Positions 1 to 12,521 of a stretch of DNA of 64,000 nucleotides are shown one piece after another (the stretch's first letter is position 1; each line of letters opens with the position of its first letter). The notes under the pieces are model-generated. The model ran no database searches. It was not told the origin of the DNA and saw only the letters and a program-made list of their open reading frames with translations. This DNA is from Mytilus californianus (Eukaryota), in NCBI RefSeq assembly GCF_021869535.1, contig NW_026262701.1:21514001-21578000 (forward strand). The letters are read 5' to 3'. The translations under genes and the position numbers were made by a program.

Positions 1-2489
1 TCGTCAACTTCATATTTGAGTTGGCCTCCCAACTGATTAATTCAAGCTTCACTGATGACTCTTATGTAGACGAAGAAACTCATCTAAGATACCAGGGTTA
101 ATAAACTTTTGTACACCAGAGGGGCGTCTCGTCTACAAAAGACTAATCAGTAACGCTCTAATCAAACAAGTTAAATACAAAGTTGATGGGCGTTTTGAAT
201 AAAAATTCCGATAGGTTTTGCCAGATACAGCTGAGGTTATCTACCTAGGATAGAAAATCCTTCGTAATTCGAAAATTCTAAGTTTTTTACTTAAAGGCGG
301 ATCATGGGTCCTAACTTCACTTAGAAGGATCTGGCACTGCTTTGCTAAATTTACTGCCTTCGGGAACATCTGGTTTTATAATAAACACCAAAAAAAATGG
401 AATTTCCTCCAAATCGATTGCACTCACAGGAGATAAATGCAAACTTTGTTTAGATCTGCTTGAATTAGATTTTTTAGATGTTTAAATAATTATAGATTTA
501 CAAACATAATACGCATACCCATATGGCAATGAGGATATTATTCATAAAGACAAAGAAACAGACATCAACAGGATGTTAAAATGAGTCATGGACACCATTT
601 TACAGATCATAATCATTATATAGACAAGACAATCTGCGAATCGATATACATCACAATAATAAGTATAAAACATACGCATCCCGAACTTAGTACTTTTCAT
701 TCTTAACTTTTACTGTTCTGGGTAAAAGCGAGCCTGATGAAGACAAATCTAGAAAAACTCTATAGACGCATTCAAATCATGAAGTGTTATTTTCATGTCA
801 AAGTCCAAAATCTTCACGCCAGACAAACGGATCAATTGGTTAAGCAAAAGTTTTGACTAGTATAAGATCTCTGTATCCCTATTACAAAAGTAGTTTCAGT
901 AGTTTACATATCACGTTCATTAAAATATAAGAAATTGCTGCAAAATTGTTCCTACAAAACAATCGATACACACTTATGACATTCACCAACAGAAAGTCAG
1001 CATCATGGAAAGACACATTAGCACAGAAAAAGGAAAAGTTGTTCCGTGTATCATACATTTTCTTGTGCCCTAAATAATATGTTAACAAAATGAAAGGGCC
1101 AAAACAAACTTATGGATAGTTGTCGCATTGGCAATCATACCACATCTCCTTATTTGTTGGCAATAATTAAGCATGGATCGTTGTTTTTTGAAGTCAATAC
1201 CAAAAAGTAAAATCACAAAAATACTGAACTCCGAGGAAAATTCAAAATGGAAAGTCCCTAATTAAATGGCAAAATCAAAAGCTCAAACACGTCTAACGAA
1301 TGAATAACAATTGTCATATTCCAAGTGTAGGAAATAACAATAATAGAGATAAATCACAAGCAAATGATAACGTAAGCATACAACGTTTGTATCAGTATGT
1401 TTATTTTTTTTTAATTGGCAAACAATAACATTGACGGTTCTATATTTTACTGCACCAGATGCATATTTTGAAAATTAGTGTTCGCCAGTGATGATCGAGG
1501 TCAAGTATTTGAAAGTCGGAAACTTAGAACAAGCGTTGTAGAGCTTGTAGTGATTTTTATTCATATTAAAATTGTGTTTCCCGTTTAAGATTGTATACCC
1601 CAAAGAGCGCCTTCAGAATCTACATAAACTTATAATATATACACGTTTATTTAGAAGCTTGGAAAGTCCTTATCATTGGAAATTCAAGGTACAAGACATA
1701 CTTTGAAGTTTACAATGCATATTAGCAAAATTAAGTATTTTGAAGTGACGGTGCACTAATAACCTGATGGATGGAATGGTAAATGTTAAGTCTTGTGTCT
1801 AATATAGTCAACTGTAGTTTACCAATTCATAAATGTCTCTGCACAACTAACGACATCTATATAAATTCTTATAAAAAGGTTCATTAAGTTCGTGCTGTTA
1901 TCATATTCTGATAGGAATTGTTTGTAGCTTATCGTACAAATCTTACAAACAGATAAAAATGTTTGTATGACGTTCAAGAAATATTTTTTTGATTAATCAT
2001 CAAACAGCTTTTCCTCTCTTTCATTGAAAATTGTAGGTTAAACTTGGTTTTATAGCTAGCTAAACCTCCCAATTGTGTGACAGTTGTTAATAGTTCCGTT
2101 ATATTGACAATATTATGTGAGAAGCCCAAACATACATAATAGGTAAATGTGACAATAATTGGGACCCAGTAGTAAAAACATACAAATAAATCTAACAAAG
2201 ACGCAAACAAAAAGGGTGTTGTAGACGCCAATTTAAAGTTTTGTAGTTGATAGTTTATATCGTTTACGTATATACCTTACACTTTCTCGATAAAGTACAA
2301 ATTAAGTAAAATATAATTAGAAGGGTTAACAAAAGAGAAATAACTCTGTAAAAACCTCTTAGTCCGAATCGCACCTCTAGACCAATAAAGGGAAAACTGT
2401 TAAGTAAATAAAAAGATACACAACTTCTACCTAGAATCTGTAAGACCGTCTTGTTTTATTTATGAAGTACACACTGAACATTTATCTAT

Positions 2490-3230
2490 AAGGTTCTTTC
2501 CGATAAACTTTGTGCGAAAAAAGGCGAAACCTTGGCTCATTCAATTTTTGCTCAGACACCGATGAAAGTCTGGGTACAACTGCAAGCTCTTGAATATTGT
2601 ATGAGTTGAGAAATGCATACTACATGTACATACGTGGGTGAAGTTAGTATATTGCTGCAAAGGTGAGGAAAATTTATAACCTTGAGATCATCTTGTTTAT
2701 CATTGATTCTGGTAATGAGATGACCGGCAATGTCTAGCAATGAGGCGGAGGAAGCTGTTTCTATGGTTTTTTAATCTCTAGTTTAGAAGGATATGTTGAT
2801 GGGACCCAATCAGAAAAGTTTGGATTGTCGATGGAAAGAACATCAACAATATACATGTATGTGCAATTAAATGATCTACCTTCTTTGATCCTTTGTTTTA
2901 CAAGTATTTGAAGGAAATCAGACTCATATGAAAATAAGATAATGTCGGTCTTTAGAGAAGCACTGTTGGTTCCCATAGGCATGCCGATAACCTGCTGGAA
3001 AATTCTACCTCCAAATTCCACCAAAAGGTTTTGATAGAATTTATTTCAATGAATGACCGAGATTTTAAATTTTCAAGACGTCCTTTTGAGTTCTTTAGAA
3101 TCCACATGGATAATGCCACTACGCGGGTAAACAGTGTCACAGTATTTCTGTAATCCTTCTTTCACTGCCGACAACATTTTGGTTCATTTTACGGACAATT
3201 CCTTGGTTATAAGTGTAGATGAGGCGACAA
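2490..3230 (-). mobile_element. Penelope-like RT fragment
   Basis: Track ORFs 2552-2740, 2761-3024 and 2952-3140 carry FGGRIFQQVIGMPMGTN, MYIVDVLSIDNP and INDKQDD motifs across frameshifts. Confidence 0.85.
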
Positions 3231-3680
3231 TGAACCGTAATTTGTACGGAGCTTTGTAAATTAGGTACTAGTATCCATTACAAACAAGGTTTGTCCTCAG
3301 ATTTGTTGCTCATTGAAATATTCAATAAGGCCAAGAAGGATTTGTGGTGTGGCAAGATCTCATCCTTAAAGGTTACGTTTGTGTACGTGGGATTAAGATG
3401 GAAAACCCGTCAGACATTTTTTTCTTCAAATGTTTACATACGATTTATTTCACCTTCGTGTTTGTGTTTGAGGGCGATGGTTTTCTTGAAAGGGGTGCAA
3501 ATGTTTTATTTGTATTTTGGTCAATGCTGTTTTCAAATCAATCAATCAGAACGATAAAGATTGATAAGTACATAAAAAAGAAATTAAGAGGAAACACAAA
3601 CTAAGCTTATTATTTATCGTTCATATCAATATTGACAGTTTATTTCCTCCTGTACTAAATGTTATAAAGATAGCTTTGTT

Positions 3681-5510
3681 TCAATAATATATTCTTCCCG
3701 ATCGACCTTTATTCCAGCCTTTATTCCAACCTTTATTCCAGCCATAACCTCTGGGATATCTATTGTATCCGTTGTAGTTACCTCTGTAACGCCTTGGATC
3801 ATTATAGTTTGGACCATAATACTGAAATATTGAAAAACGATAAAAGTGAGAATCAATGCTGATGTATATTCAATAACGAAAACTACTAAGTATTCCATAT
3901 CAAAATACGTGTCAGGGTTAAATTTTGTAGGAGTGGGGAGAAAATAACAGATTTTGTTTCATACAATTTTTTGTAAATACAGCAAAACACTCATCACCCA
4001 AACTTTGTATTTGAATTTAAAAAATATGTAGATGTTTTATTCGCATAGTTTTTCGATCTCTCATTAGCGTTTTAAAATCAATAGAAAGTTTGGGCTTCAA
4101 AATACAACAAAATTATTCAATAATTCATACAGAGCATTCGCCTTCGTAAAGTATATTTTTAACACATAATACACGAATGCACAGCAAAATGATTTCTTAA
4201 AATTCTGAAAAAAATATTTTTTTATTCAGTGGTTGAAAGGAAACCATGGTATAGCAAACATCGAATTGCTTCACAAAATCTTATCACACACTATAGACAG
4301 TAGTAAATAAATCTCAAAGGGACGTAAAAAATTCATAAGAACCGTTACACTAGATTCAAAAAAATAATATTTAGATAAAGCTATATACCGCTAGAGATGA
4401 TGAATTGGGACAGGCATATAAACATATGACGGGGTTGTTAAGTATTTAAACACCCCAAAACACAACGATTTTTTTTTAAATGCGGTGGACATTGATTTTG
4501 ATAAGCTAAATAACAAGTATTATTATGTAGTGCGCTTGCAAAAATTGAGACATCAATCCGACAAGACACATGGACAGCTGATGTGAACAACGTAAGGTCA
4601 CCTTATGGCATGAAAATCTAGTACACAAAATAGTTTCCTTCAAACACATTCATATTTTCAGATATTACAAAAAACATTATGACATCGGTTATTGAATCAA
4701 CGCACAATAGATAGACAAAACTGATATAATTTATTTGTATTATTACTTGTAGTTGCTATAAATTCATGTATACTATAGCGCTCATCTCTGTGTTCCATGT
4801 CTATATTGTTCATTTTATCCAAAATTGTATATTGTGTAAAGGATACCTCTTCAATACATTACATTGTTTGTTATTGTTATGTCACTTAAAAAAATAAAAG
4901 TATTTAAAAACTTACATCACCTGCATCTGAAAAAAAACAGAAGCAAAAATAAATTAGGTTCAATAATTCTAAACAAAAAAATTGTTTATTATGTCTGAAA
5001 CTTTATTTGCTAATCAAAAAAATATATCTTAAAAAATGACTGTATACGTGTAGTGTAAGTAAATCTAGTACATGAATTCGTCATTTATTATGAAAGATAA
5101 ATAGTACAAATATATGTAATGAAAAGTTTAATGAAGAAACAGAGCTATAATATATCAGATATCTTTTAACAACCACTTTATTTGTTACTACGTTTTCAAA
5201 TTTATGTTGTCCGGTTTCAAACAATGCCTTTGCATTTTAAATGTACGTATGCTACGATGAATCAAGAATATTAACTTCATGAAAAGATAGTAACTTTTTT
5301 CATATAGACTGTTATCATACATTTTGGCAGTTACTAAAATTAAAAAAAAGACATAGAATAAATTCCAACAGTCTGTTTGAAATTAATAAAAAATGTTGAA
5401 AGTACAAAATATTTTCAACAATTCAAGAAAATTTTTTACATACCACTTTGCACAGCAAATGATCCAATAAGGACTACAGCCAACAAAACTGCGACGTTGA
5501 GATTATTCAT
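3681..5510 (-). CDS. mfp-3: Mussel foot protein-3, copy A (3 exons, 72-aa precursor)
   Basis: Exons 5510-5444 (67 nt), 4926-4916 (11 nt, ATGCAGGTGAT) and 3821-3681 (141 nt), all with GT-AG introns, join in frame: MNNLNVAVLLAVVLIGSFAVQSDAGDYYGPNYNDPRRYRGNYNGYNRYPRGYGWNKGWNKGWNKGRSGRIYY*. The signal peptide and the Y/G/N/R/W-rich mature peptide match the mfp-3 family. TATATAAA at 5599-5592; AATAAA at 3510-3505. Confidence 0.95.
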
Positions 5511-7410
5511 TGTTTTCCTTTCAAACAGATTGCAGGAAGAAGCTGATTACTCAGAATTATCCTTTGTTCTTGATGACATTAGTTTGCGCTTTTTATATAC
5601 TTTGTTCAATCAACTCACTGCAGATCTGTTAATCAAGAGGAAAAATTATCACACACATGTTCCTGTTACAATAAGATTAAAATAAAAATAAAAATGTCAG
5701 TGTATTACATAATCCGTATACCTTGTCAAATTATTTGCAACAATGGAATTTGAAACAGGAAAAATCCATAAAATGTAGATTATTTCATCAATATGATTCA
5801 TTAAAAGAGAAATATAGCTGTTGTAATAAATGACTAAACCATGTTTGTTTTTCTAACAAAAGCAATGCAATTACATAACATAATTTTGCTACTTCACCTT
5901 TTCAGTAATTCAGAACAAAGCGAATTTAAAAATCTCACGGTGGGGAAGGTTGTCCAGCGATAGAAAGCTCTGTGCTGTTGATTTGGTTATGACCGACGCT
6001 GGAGAATTTTGAAAATGTGTAAACATAGACGAAAAAGATTAGTGTAGACGTTTTCTCAAATAGAACATTAAAAAATAATTGAAAGGTTTTCATTTTGTTT
6101 CTGATGGATTAAAAAAAAAGCAAATAAAAAATTTCCCCTTTACATTGTTTTAGTGTGCATAATACAAATGTTCTCATTTCTTAAACAACTAGGACGGACA
6201 AAATATAAAAAAAAAAAGAATTCCTGGAGTCTGTTTTCTAAACAAAACTAGTGATGTGTGACAAGACCGATTTGAATCAAACGTTACAGAATCAACACAA
6301 TTGAACAAAGATTGTATTCAATTGTATTAAATGTATCATAAACATCGTTCTTAGCAGACATAACGTAAAACCTGGACATATGTGCTATTGATATCACATG
6401 GCGTCCGTAGTGGCTGTTGTCGTCGTTGTCGACCTCAAAATAAACGTACTCTAAACTACAGTGCAAAATGTTACTAATCTAATTTTTCTTAGTAAAGTTA
6501 GGTAAAAATAGATATGAAAAGAATTAAAAACCATTTGTTCAGAGAACAATTGAATGTGTTTTTACCTCACATCTTGATATTTTAGATATAAATGAACTTT
6601 TCATGTCGGGGCCTGTTATTGCCGACTATAAGCTATGAGTTTTGTCATTGTTGTAGTCCATACGGTTGCTTCTAATTGCTTGCATCCACTTCATTCGAAC
6701 TCTAGTGGGTAGTTGTCTTATTGGCAATCATACCACAACTCCTTATTTTAATTTTTATACAGATATGCCCTAAAAAATTTTAACAAACAAATTGAACTTT
6801 AGTAAAAACAGTTATTTATTAAATTTCATCAGGTCATTTAAAAGAAGACACAAATCGAGGCAAGAAAAAAAAATGAGGGGATTATAGAAACTCCAACGAA
6901 ATCGTCGACAACGAAAGTATCTCCTGCTACACATGCTTCAACCGCCATGCGAAACCAAACTCGAAAAGACATAAAACATGTCAAATGAGAAAATGCACAG
7001 TTTTGATTAATAACTACAGTTTTTCACAGAAAAAGTTTGTGGTACAGATTTTTGTCTAGAAAGTGGACTCTAGGAAAACAAATTTCTTCCCATCTTGTAC
7101 ATATATTTTGAAAATAAGCAATTTTGTGTTAGGCATAGTGAAACAGTGTAGAGAGCCAATTTTTTCATTGCTTGTTTTTGAACCCATAAGAAACAAAATT
7201 AAAATATTTTAATCATTTCTTTTCATGTTAATTCGCAGAAACGTCAAAAATCTTCTTTTTCATCTTTGTTTACATATTTCAACGATAACCAGCATTGGTC
7301 ATGACCAAATAGCCTCATTTTGATATCTTGTTAGTTATATTTAGATTTAAAGCTTTTCCCAAAAATATATTTGGCTACAAAATATATTTTACAAAGCTAT
7401 ATTAAAATAG

Positions 7411-8103
7411 ACTTTTTCACTTTTTTGGTCTTTTGGAAATTGTTGTTTGTGCTGTATTTAGACCCCTCTACCAAGAAATTTGTTTTACATGCACACGTAT
7501 AAAAAATGCGGTATTTATCAAACGCAATCATAGGTTTGAACGTTGTTTTCAATTTAGACTTTTATATATTTTTTCGTTTGGGCTTGTATTATATTTTCCT
7601 TCGGGTTTATATGATCCGTTCATCCTATTTCGACTCTTTAAAATTCAAGAGTCTTTCCTAAATTGAGGTAAATTATATGGCCTTCCAAATACCGTTTCGA
7701 TCCCTAACATCACTGAAGAGACATAAATTGTCGAAATCCGGATATGGTGTACACATTTTTGCACCTCATGTTTGTGGTAAACCATCTTTTCCACAAGTTT
7801 ATTGTTTTCTGTTTGGTATTAAATTAATATTAAGATCCATTTTGTTAGATCTGGTGATCAATATATTTGGCAATCGCCAATGGCAGTCAGCAGGGTTTAA
7901 GAACATCAGTTGTTCGACCTGTTAGTAAAATGCGTTTTGTTAAAATATACTTTTTCACTTTTTTGGTCTTTTGGAAATTGTTGTTTGTGCTGTATTTAAA
8001 CCCCTCTACCAAGAAATTTGTTTTACATGCACTCGTATAAAAATTGCGGTTTTTATCCAACGCAATCATAGGTTTGAACGTTGTTTTCAATTTAGACTTT
8101 TAT
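7411..8103 (+). mobile_element. Hammerhead-containing element with ~155-bp direct repeats (period 538 bp)
   Basis: ACTTTTTCACTT...TTAGACTTTTAT occurs at about 7411-7564 and 7949-8103 and brackets the hammerhead. It recurs at about 16251-16943. Confidence 0.65.
7707..7750 (+). ncRNA. Minimal type I hammerhead ribozyme
   Basis: ACATCA-CTGAAGA-GAC(ATAAATT)GTC-GAAA-T(CCGG)A-TA-TGGTGT. The core matches CUGANGA/GAAA, with a 6-bp stem I, 3-bp stem II and a palindromic stem III loop. Predicted cleavage is after 7744 (AUA). Confidence 0.75.
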
Positions 8104-9439
8104 TATATATATATATATATATAAAACAAAAATTGAAAAAAAAATCTGTAAATTTCATGAGCCCGAAGCATGTTGTCTAGATTGACTTTCATCCGGAACT
8201 CTCAGAGCCGAATATTTGAAAGCCAAGAATGTATTAGAACCGAATCAGTTGAAGATCTATATGACCAAACAGGACCTATGATACCAACCAAATCCATCGA
8301 AAGTCAACTATGCCCGAGATTGGTTTCCATTGGCAAAACATGTGTGACGCTATGTAAATAATAACTTTTTATAGAAAGTAAACATTTGAATATATGAAGC
8401 AGTTAAATTTTAAATTTATCACGATGTATCAATGCCCAGAATGTGTAAAGACAAAATGTATACGAATAAATATCAGCAAAACCAAAATAAGCGACACATT
8501 ATGCAATTCTGGTATTTAAGTTATTGTGTCCTATTGTAATACAAGAACATTGCTACGAAATTTAGTTACATTTGAAAAAGTCGTAAAATGCTATACTTTG
8601 TTCTATACTCAATCTGGTAGATAAATTAAGAAGAAACGCTTTCTAATATACACTCAAGTGATGTGGCGTATTCGTTAATAAGACAGCACCCAATGGGATA
8701 TATAGTGGTCAAAACACTATCTTTTACAATTGACAAATCTAGCTAATGCCTTACCAGGTCAGGAATATGACAGTTGTTTCCATTCGTTTGATGTGTTTGC
8801 GCTTTATATTTTGCCATTTGATAATAGACTTTCCGTTTTGAATTTTTTGAATTTGAGTTCGGTATTTTTGTTATTTTAATTTCTCTATATACAATATATA
8901 TAGTACTAAATAAACTGGAAGCTAAACATCTGTGCAAAAATCAAATGGGGACGTAAAATAGTATCATAACACAAGATTCAAAGGTTATGAATGACTTCAA
9001 GTCATCGTACAACCTGCAACTCTACTTCAGTATAGTGTATATTTCATTCGAAAAACTTTTTTTTCTATATTTGGATATGTGGTATGGAACCAATAAAACA
9101 TAAAAACCACTTTCACAGTTCATGTATATAATTAGTTACTATATATAACTGTATAAAATGGGACTCAGCTCCCAATTCCTTGTATATCGTGTACATTTAT
9201 AAAGAATATTATATGGCTTTTCCAATATCGTCACGGATGGCTGACACAGAACGAATGTCATTGATTGTATTATAAAAAAAAATACTTGTACTAACTGTAA
9301 AGTTCATAATAAAACCCAATATTGAAAACTGTATAAATGATATGACATTAATAAGTTGTTTGTCTGAATTTCTTAAAGTACACTTTTTTTCTGTAATTCT
9401 TATGTCATATAACAAACTTCTGGTATTTCAAAAACTTAT

Positions 9440-10213
9440 ATGACCTGCATCTAAAAAAAAATTATCAATTATAATTAATGTTTATTTAATCTTAAAGAAA
9501 TTATGTTTCACCACTGTCTGAAAATTTTACCTTCAAATAAAAAATGATATTTGAAAAAGAAATGTAAATAAGAGTCTTAGTGTAAAAAAAAATCCAGAAG
9601 AATTCGTCATGTACCAGACAATATAATAAATTACAATTTATATATAAAGACTGATTGAAAACTAAAAGGACAAAACAATAGAAGAGCTAAAATATACTTA
9701 ACATTTTCAACAACCATTTTATTTGTACCTACATTTTCAGATTTCTATCGTCTGGTTTCATTCAAATTGTTAATAATGCACAATACTTATGCATTTTGAA
9801 TATATTGATGCAATAAAATTGAAAACTAAAGAATATGTGAAAAGTTGCTGAATTTGAGAAAGCATATTATCACGTTCTTCTTCTTTTTTTTCATCTTTTG
9901 TTGTTATAACTGCCCGGTTTGGTATGCCAAAAAGAGTTAATTCAATTGTTTGGCGTTTTTGTGAAAATCTCTGAACCTTTTCACAAAGAAAATGAATACT
10001 TAGATTTTTGCATGCAGTGTATGTCTTTATCAAAAAAATCCGACATACCATATTTGGCAACAATTACGTAGTATGTTTGACAATTGATAAGAATGTTTAA
10101 AGAATACAATATGGTGAACAAATTTTATCAATTAAAGTTTTACTTACCACTCTGCACGGAAATAATCCAATCAGGACTAAAGCCAGCATAACTGTAAGAC
10201 TGAATTTGTTCAT
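9440..10213 (-). pseudogene. mfp-3: Aberrant mfp-3 copy B (MNKFSLTVMLALVLIGLF-type signal)
   Basis: Exon 1 (10213-10148) is 66 nt instead of 67: TTT CC GTG CAG AGT G, a 1-nt deletion. The micro-exon 9450-9440 (ATGCAGGTCAT) is followed by ATAAGT instead of GTAAGT, so its donor is lost. TATATAAA at 10289-10282. No clear mfp-3 exon 3 follows. Confidence 0.8.
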
Positions 10214-11330
10214 TGCTTCTAAATTAAGGAGAGGCTGATTGCTAAGAATTATCCTGTATTCTGGCTGACAATTTTCTGCGCTTTATATACATTGTTCAAT
10301 TAACTCACTGCAAATCGAGAGAAAAAACAATTACACACATGTTCCTATAACAATAGGATTTAAAATGTAAATGTATTTCATAATCCGTTTTCCTTGTCAA
10401 GTTAGATGCAAGAATGAAAATTAAAAATATAAGAAATATTAAAAAAGTTGATTATTTTATCTTTATGATTCATATTCATATTTTTATATTGCTTTTAGGT
10501 GACAACCTTATTTTTGTGTTTCAAACAAAGGCCGTTGCAAAGCATGCACTTACACATACAGTTTTTTTAAAAAGACGACTGCTAATTTAAAAATCAGCAC
10601 ATTTTAGATGGTTTTCAACAGAATATGGTAAGTGGATAGACCGTTTTTGTTGAACCCATGGTTTTTTACAATACTATACCGGTAATTATTTATGAGTTTT
10701 TCATTGGTCTTGCCCATATGTACTCTGATTAAAATTTATCCATTTTAGGCAATATCATGATTCCAACAAAGTTATTGTTTTGTTCTGTATGTTCTTTTTC
10801 CCCAAACGTTAGCATTATCGGAAAAGAACTTACACAAAGTTTTCCGATTTCTGCATAGTATGTACGAAACAAGTTCCTATCATACCTTGTATTTTGAATA
10901 CAAAACTCGCTTCTACCTTCTGCTTTGACTTAACGTTGACTCCTAGAACATATATCAGGGTCTTAAAAGTGTGAAGAGTTTTAACTATTACGAGCTAACT
11001 AAACATTTCAGTCATAATGATTTATTTGTAGATCTAGTTTTGCTGATCTTTTCTCTATTCAAATTTCTACATATTATACTTTTCAAAATAAAAGGCAAAT
11101 ACGCAAAAGCAATGTCTTCTTTAAGGAGTCATGATTTCGGTCATTGACTTTTTTGTAGATCTTTTCTTGCTGATCTTGCTGTTTCATATTTAAAATTATT
11201 TCCTATGCATAAAAGATTTCAAGACAAAAACGCAAAACATTTGTACAAATCGTCTTTAACACAACTTCTACCTAGAATCTGTAAGACCGTCTTGTTTTAT
11301 TTATGAAGTACACACTGAACATTTATCTAT

Positions 11331-12071
11331 AAGGTTCTTTCCGATAAACTTTGTGCGAAAAAAGGCGAAACCTTGGCTCATTCAATTTTTGCTCAGACAC
11401 CGATGAAAGTCTGGGTACAACTGCAAGCTCTTGAATATTGTATGAGTTGAGAAATGCATACTACATGTACATACGTGGGTGAAGTTAGTATATTGCTGCA
11501 AAGGTGAGGAAAATTTATAACCTTGAGATCATCTTGTTTATCATTGATTCTGGTAATGAGATGACCGGCAATGTCTAGCAATGAGGCGGAGGAAGCTGTT
11601 TCTATGGTTTTTTAATCTCTAGTTTAGAAGGATATGTTGATGGGACCCAATCAGAAAAGTTTGGATTGTCGATGGAAAGAACATCAACAATATACATGTA
11701 TGTGCAATTAAATGATCTACCTTCTTTGATCCTTTGTTTTACAAGTATTTGAAGGAAATCAGACTCATATGAAAATAAGATAATGTCGGTCTTTAGAGAA
11801 GCACTGTTGGTTCCCATAGGCATGCCGATAACCTGCTGGAAAATTCTACCTCCAAATTCCACCAAAAGGTTTTGATAGAATTTATTTCAATGAATGACCG
11901 AGATTTTAAATTTTCAAGACGTCCTTTTGAGTTCTTTAGAATCCACATGGATAATGCCACTACGCGGGTAAACAGTGTCACAGTATTTCTGTAATCCTTC
12001 TTTCACTGCCGACAACATTTTGGTTCATTTTACGGACAATTCCTTGGTTATAAGTGTAGATGAGGCGACAA
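11331..12071 (-). mobile_element. Penelope-like RT fragment (duplicate)
   Basis: Copy of 2490-3230 in the second tandem unit. Confidence 0.8.
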
Positions 12072-12521
12072 TGAACCGTAATTTGTACGGAGCTTTGTAA
12101 ATTAGGTACTAGTATCCATTACAAACAAGGTTTGTCCTCAGATTTGTTGCTCATTGAAATATTCAATAAGGCCAAGAAGGATTTGTGGTGTGGCAAGATC
12201 TCATCCTTAAAGGTTACGTTTGTGTACGTGGGATTAAGATGGAAAACCCGTCAGACATTTTTTTCTTCAAATGTTTACATACGATTTATTTCACCTTCGT
12301 GTTTGTGTTTGAGGGCGATGGTTTTCTTGAAAGGGGTGCAAATGTTTTATTTGTATTTTGGTCAATGCTGTTTTCAAATCAATCAATCAGAACGATAAAG
12401 ATTGATAAGTACATAAAAAAGAAATTAAGAGGAAACACAAACTAAGCTTATTATTTATCGTTCATATCAATATTGACAGTTTATTTCCTCCTGTACTAAA
12501 TGTTATAAAGATAGCTTTGTT

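Noticed and set aside
720-775. Hammerhead-like CTGATGAAGACAAATCTAGAAAA
   Set aside because: The core is present but stems I and III do not pair convincingly, so I treat it as a decayed remnant.
5377-5685. ORFs 5377..5685+, 14218..14526+, 32051..32236+, 55879..56166- and 34267..34533+
   Set aside because: They are antisense or off-frame readings of the conserved mfp-3 exon 1 and promoter. They recur only because the promoter block is duplicated.
8170-8361. 63-aa ORF MLSRLTF...VTLCK (also 17010..17201)
   Set aside because: Non-ATG start, no recognisable motif or splice context, and repeated only through the tandem duplication.
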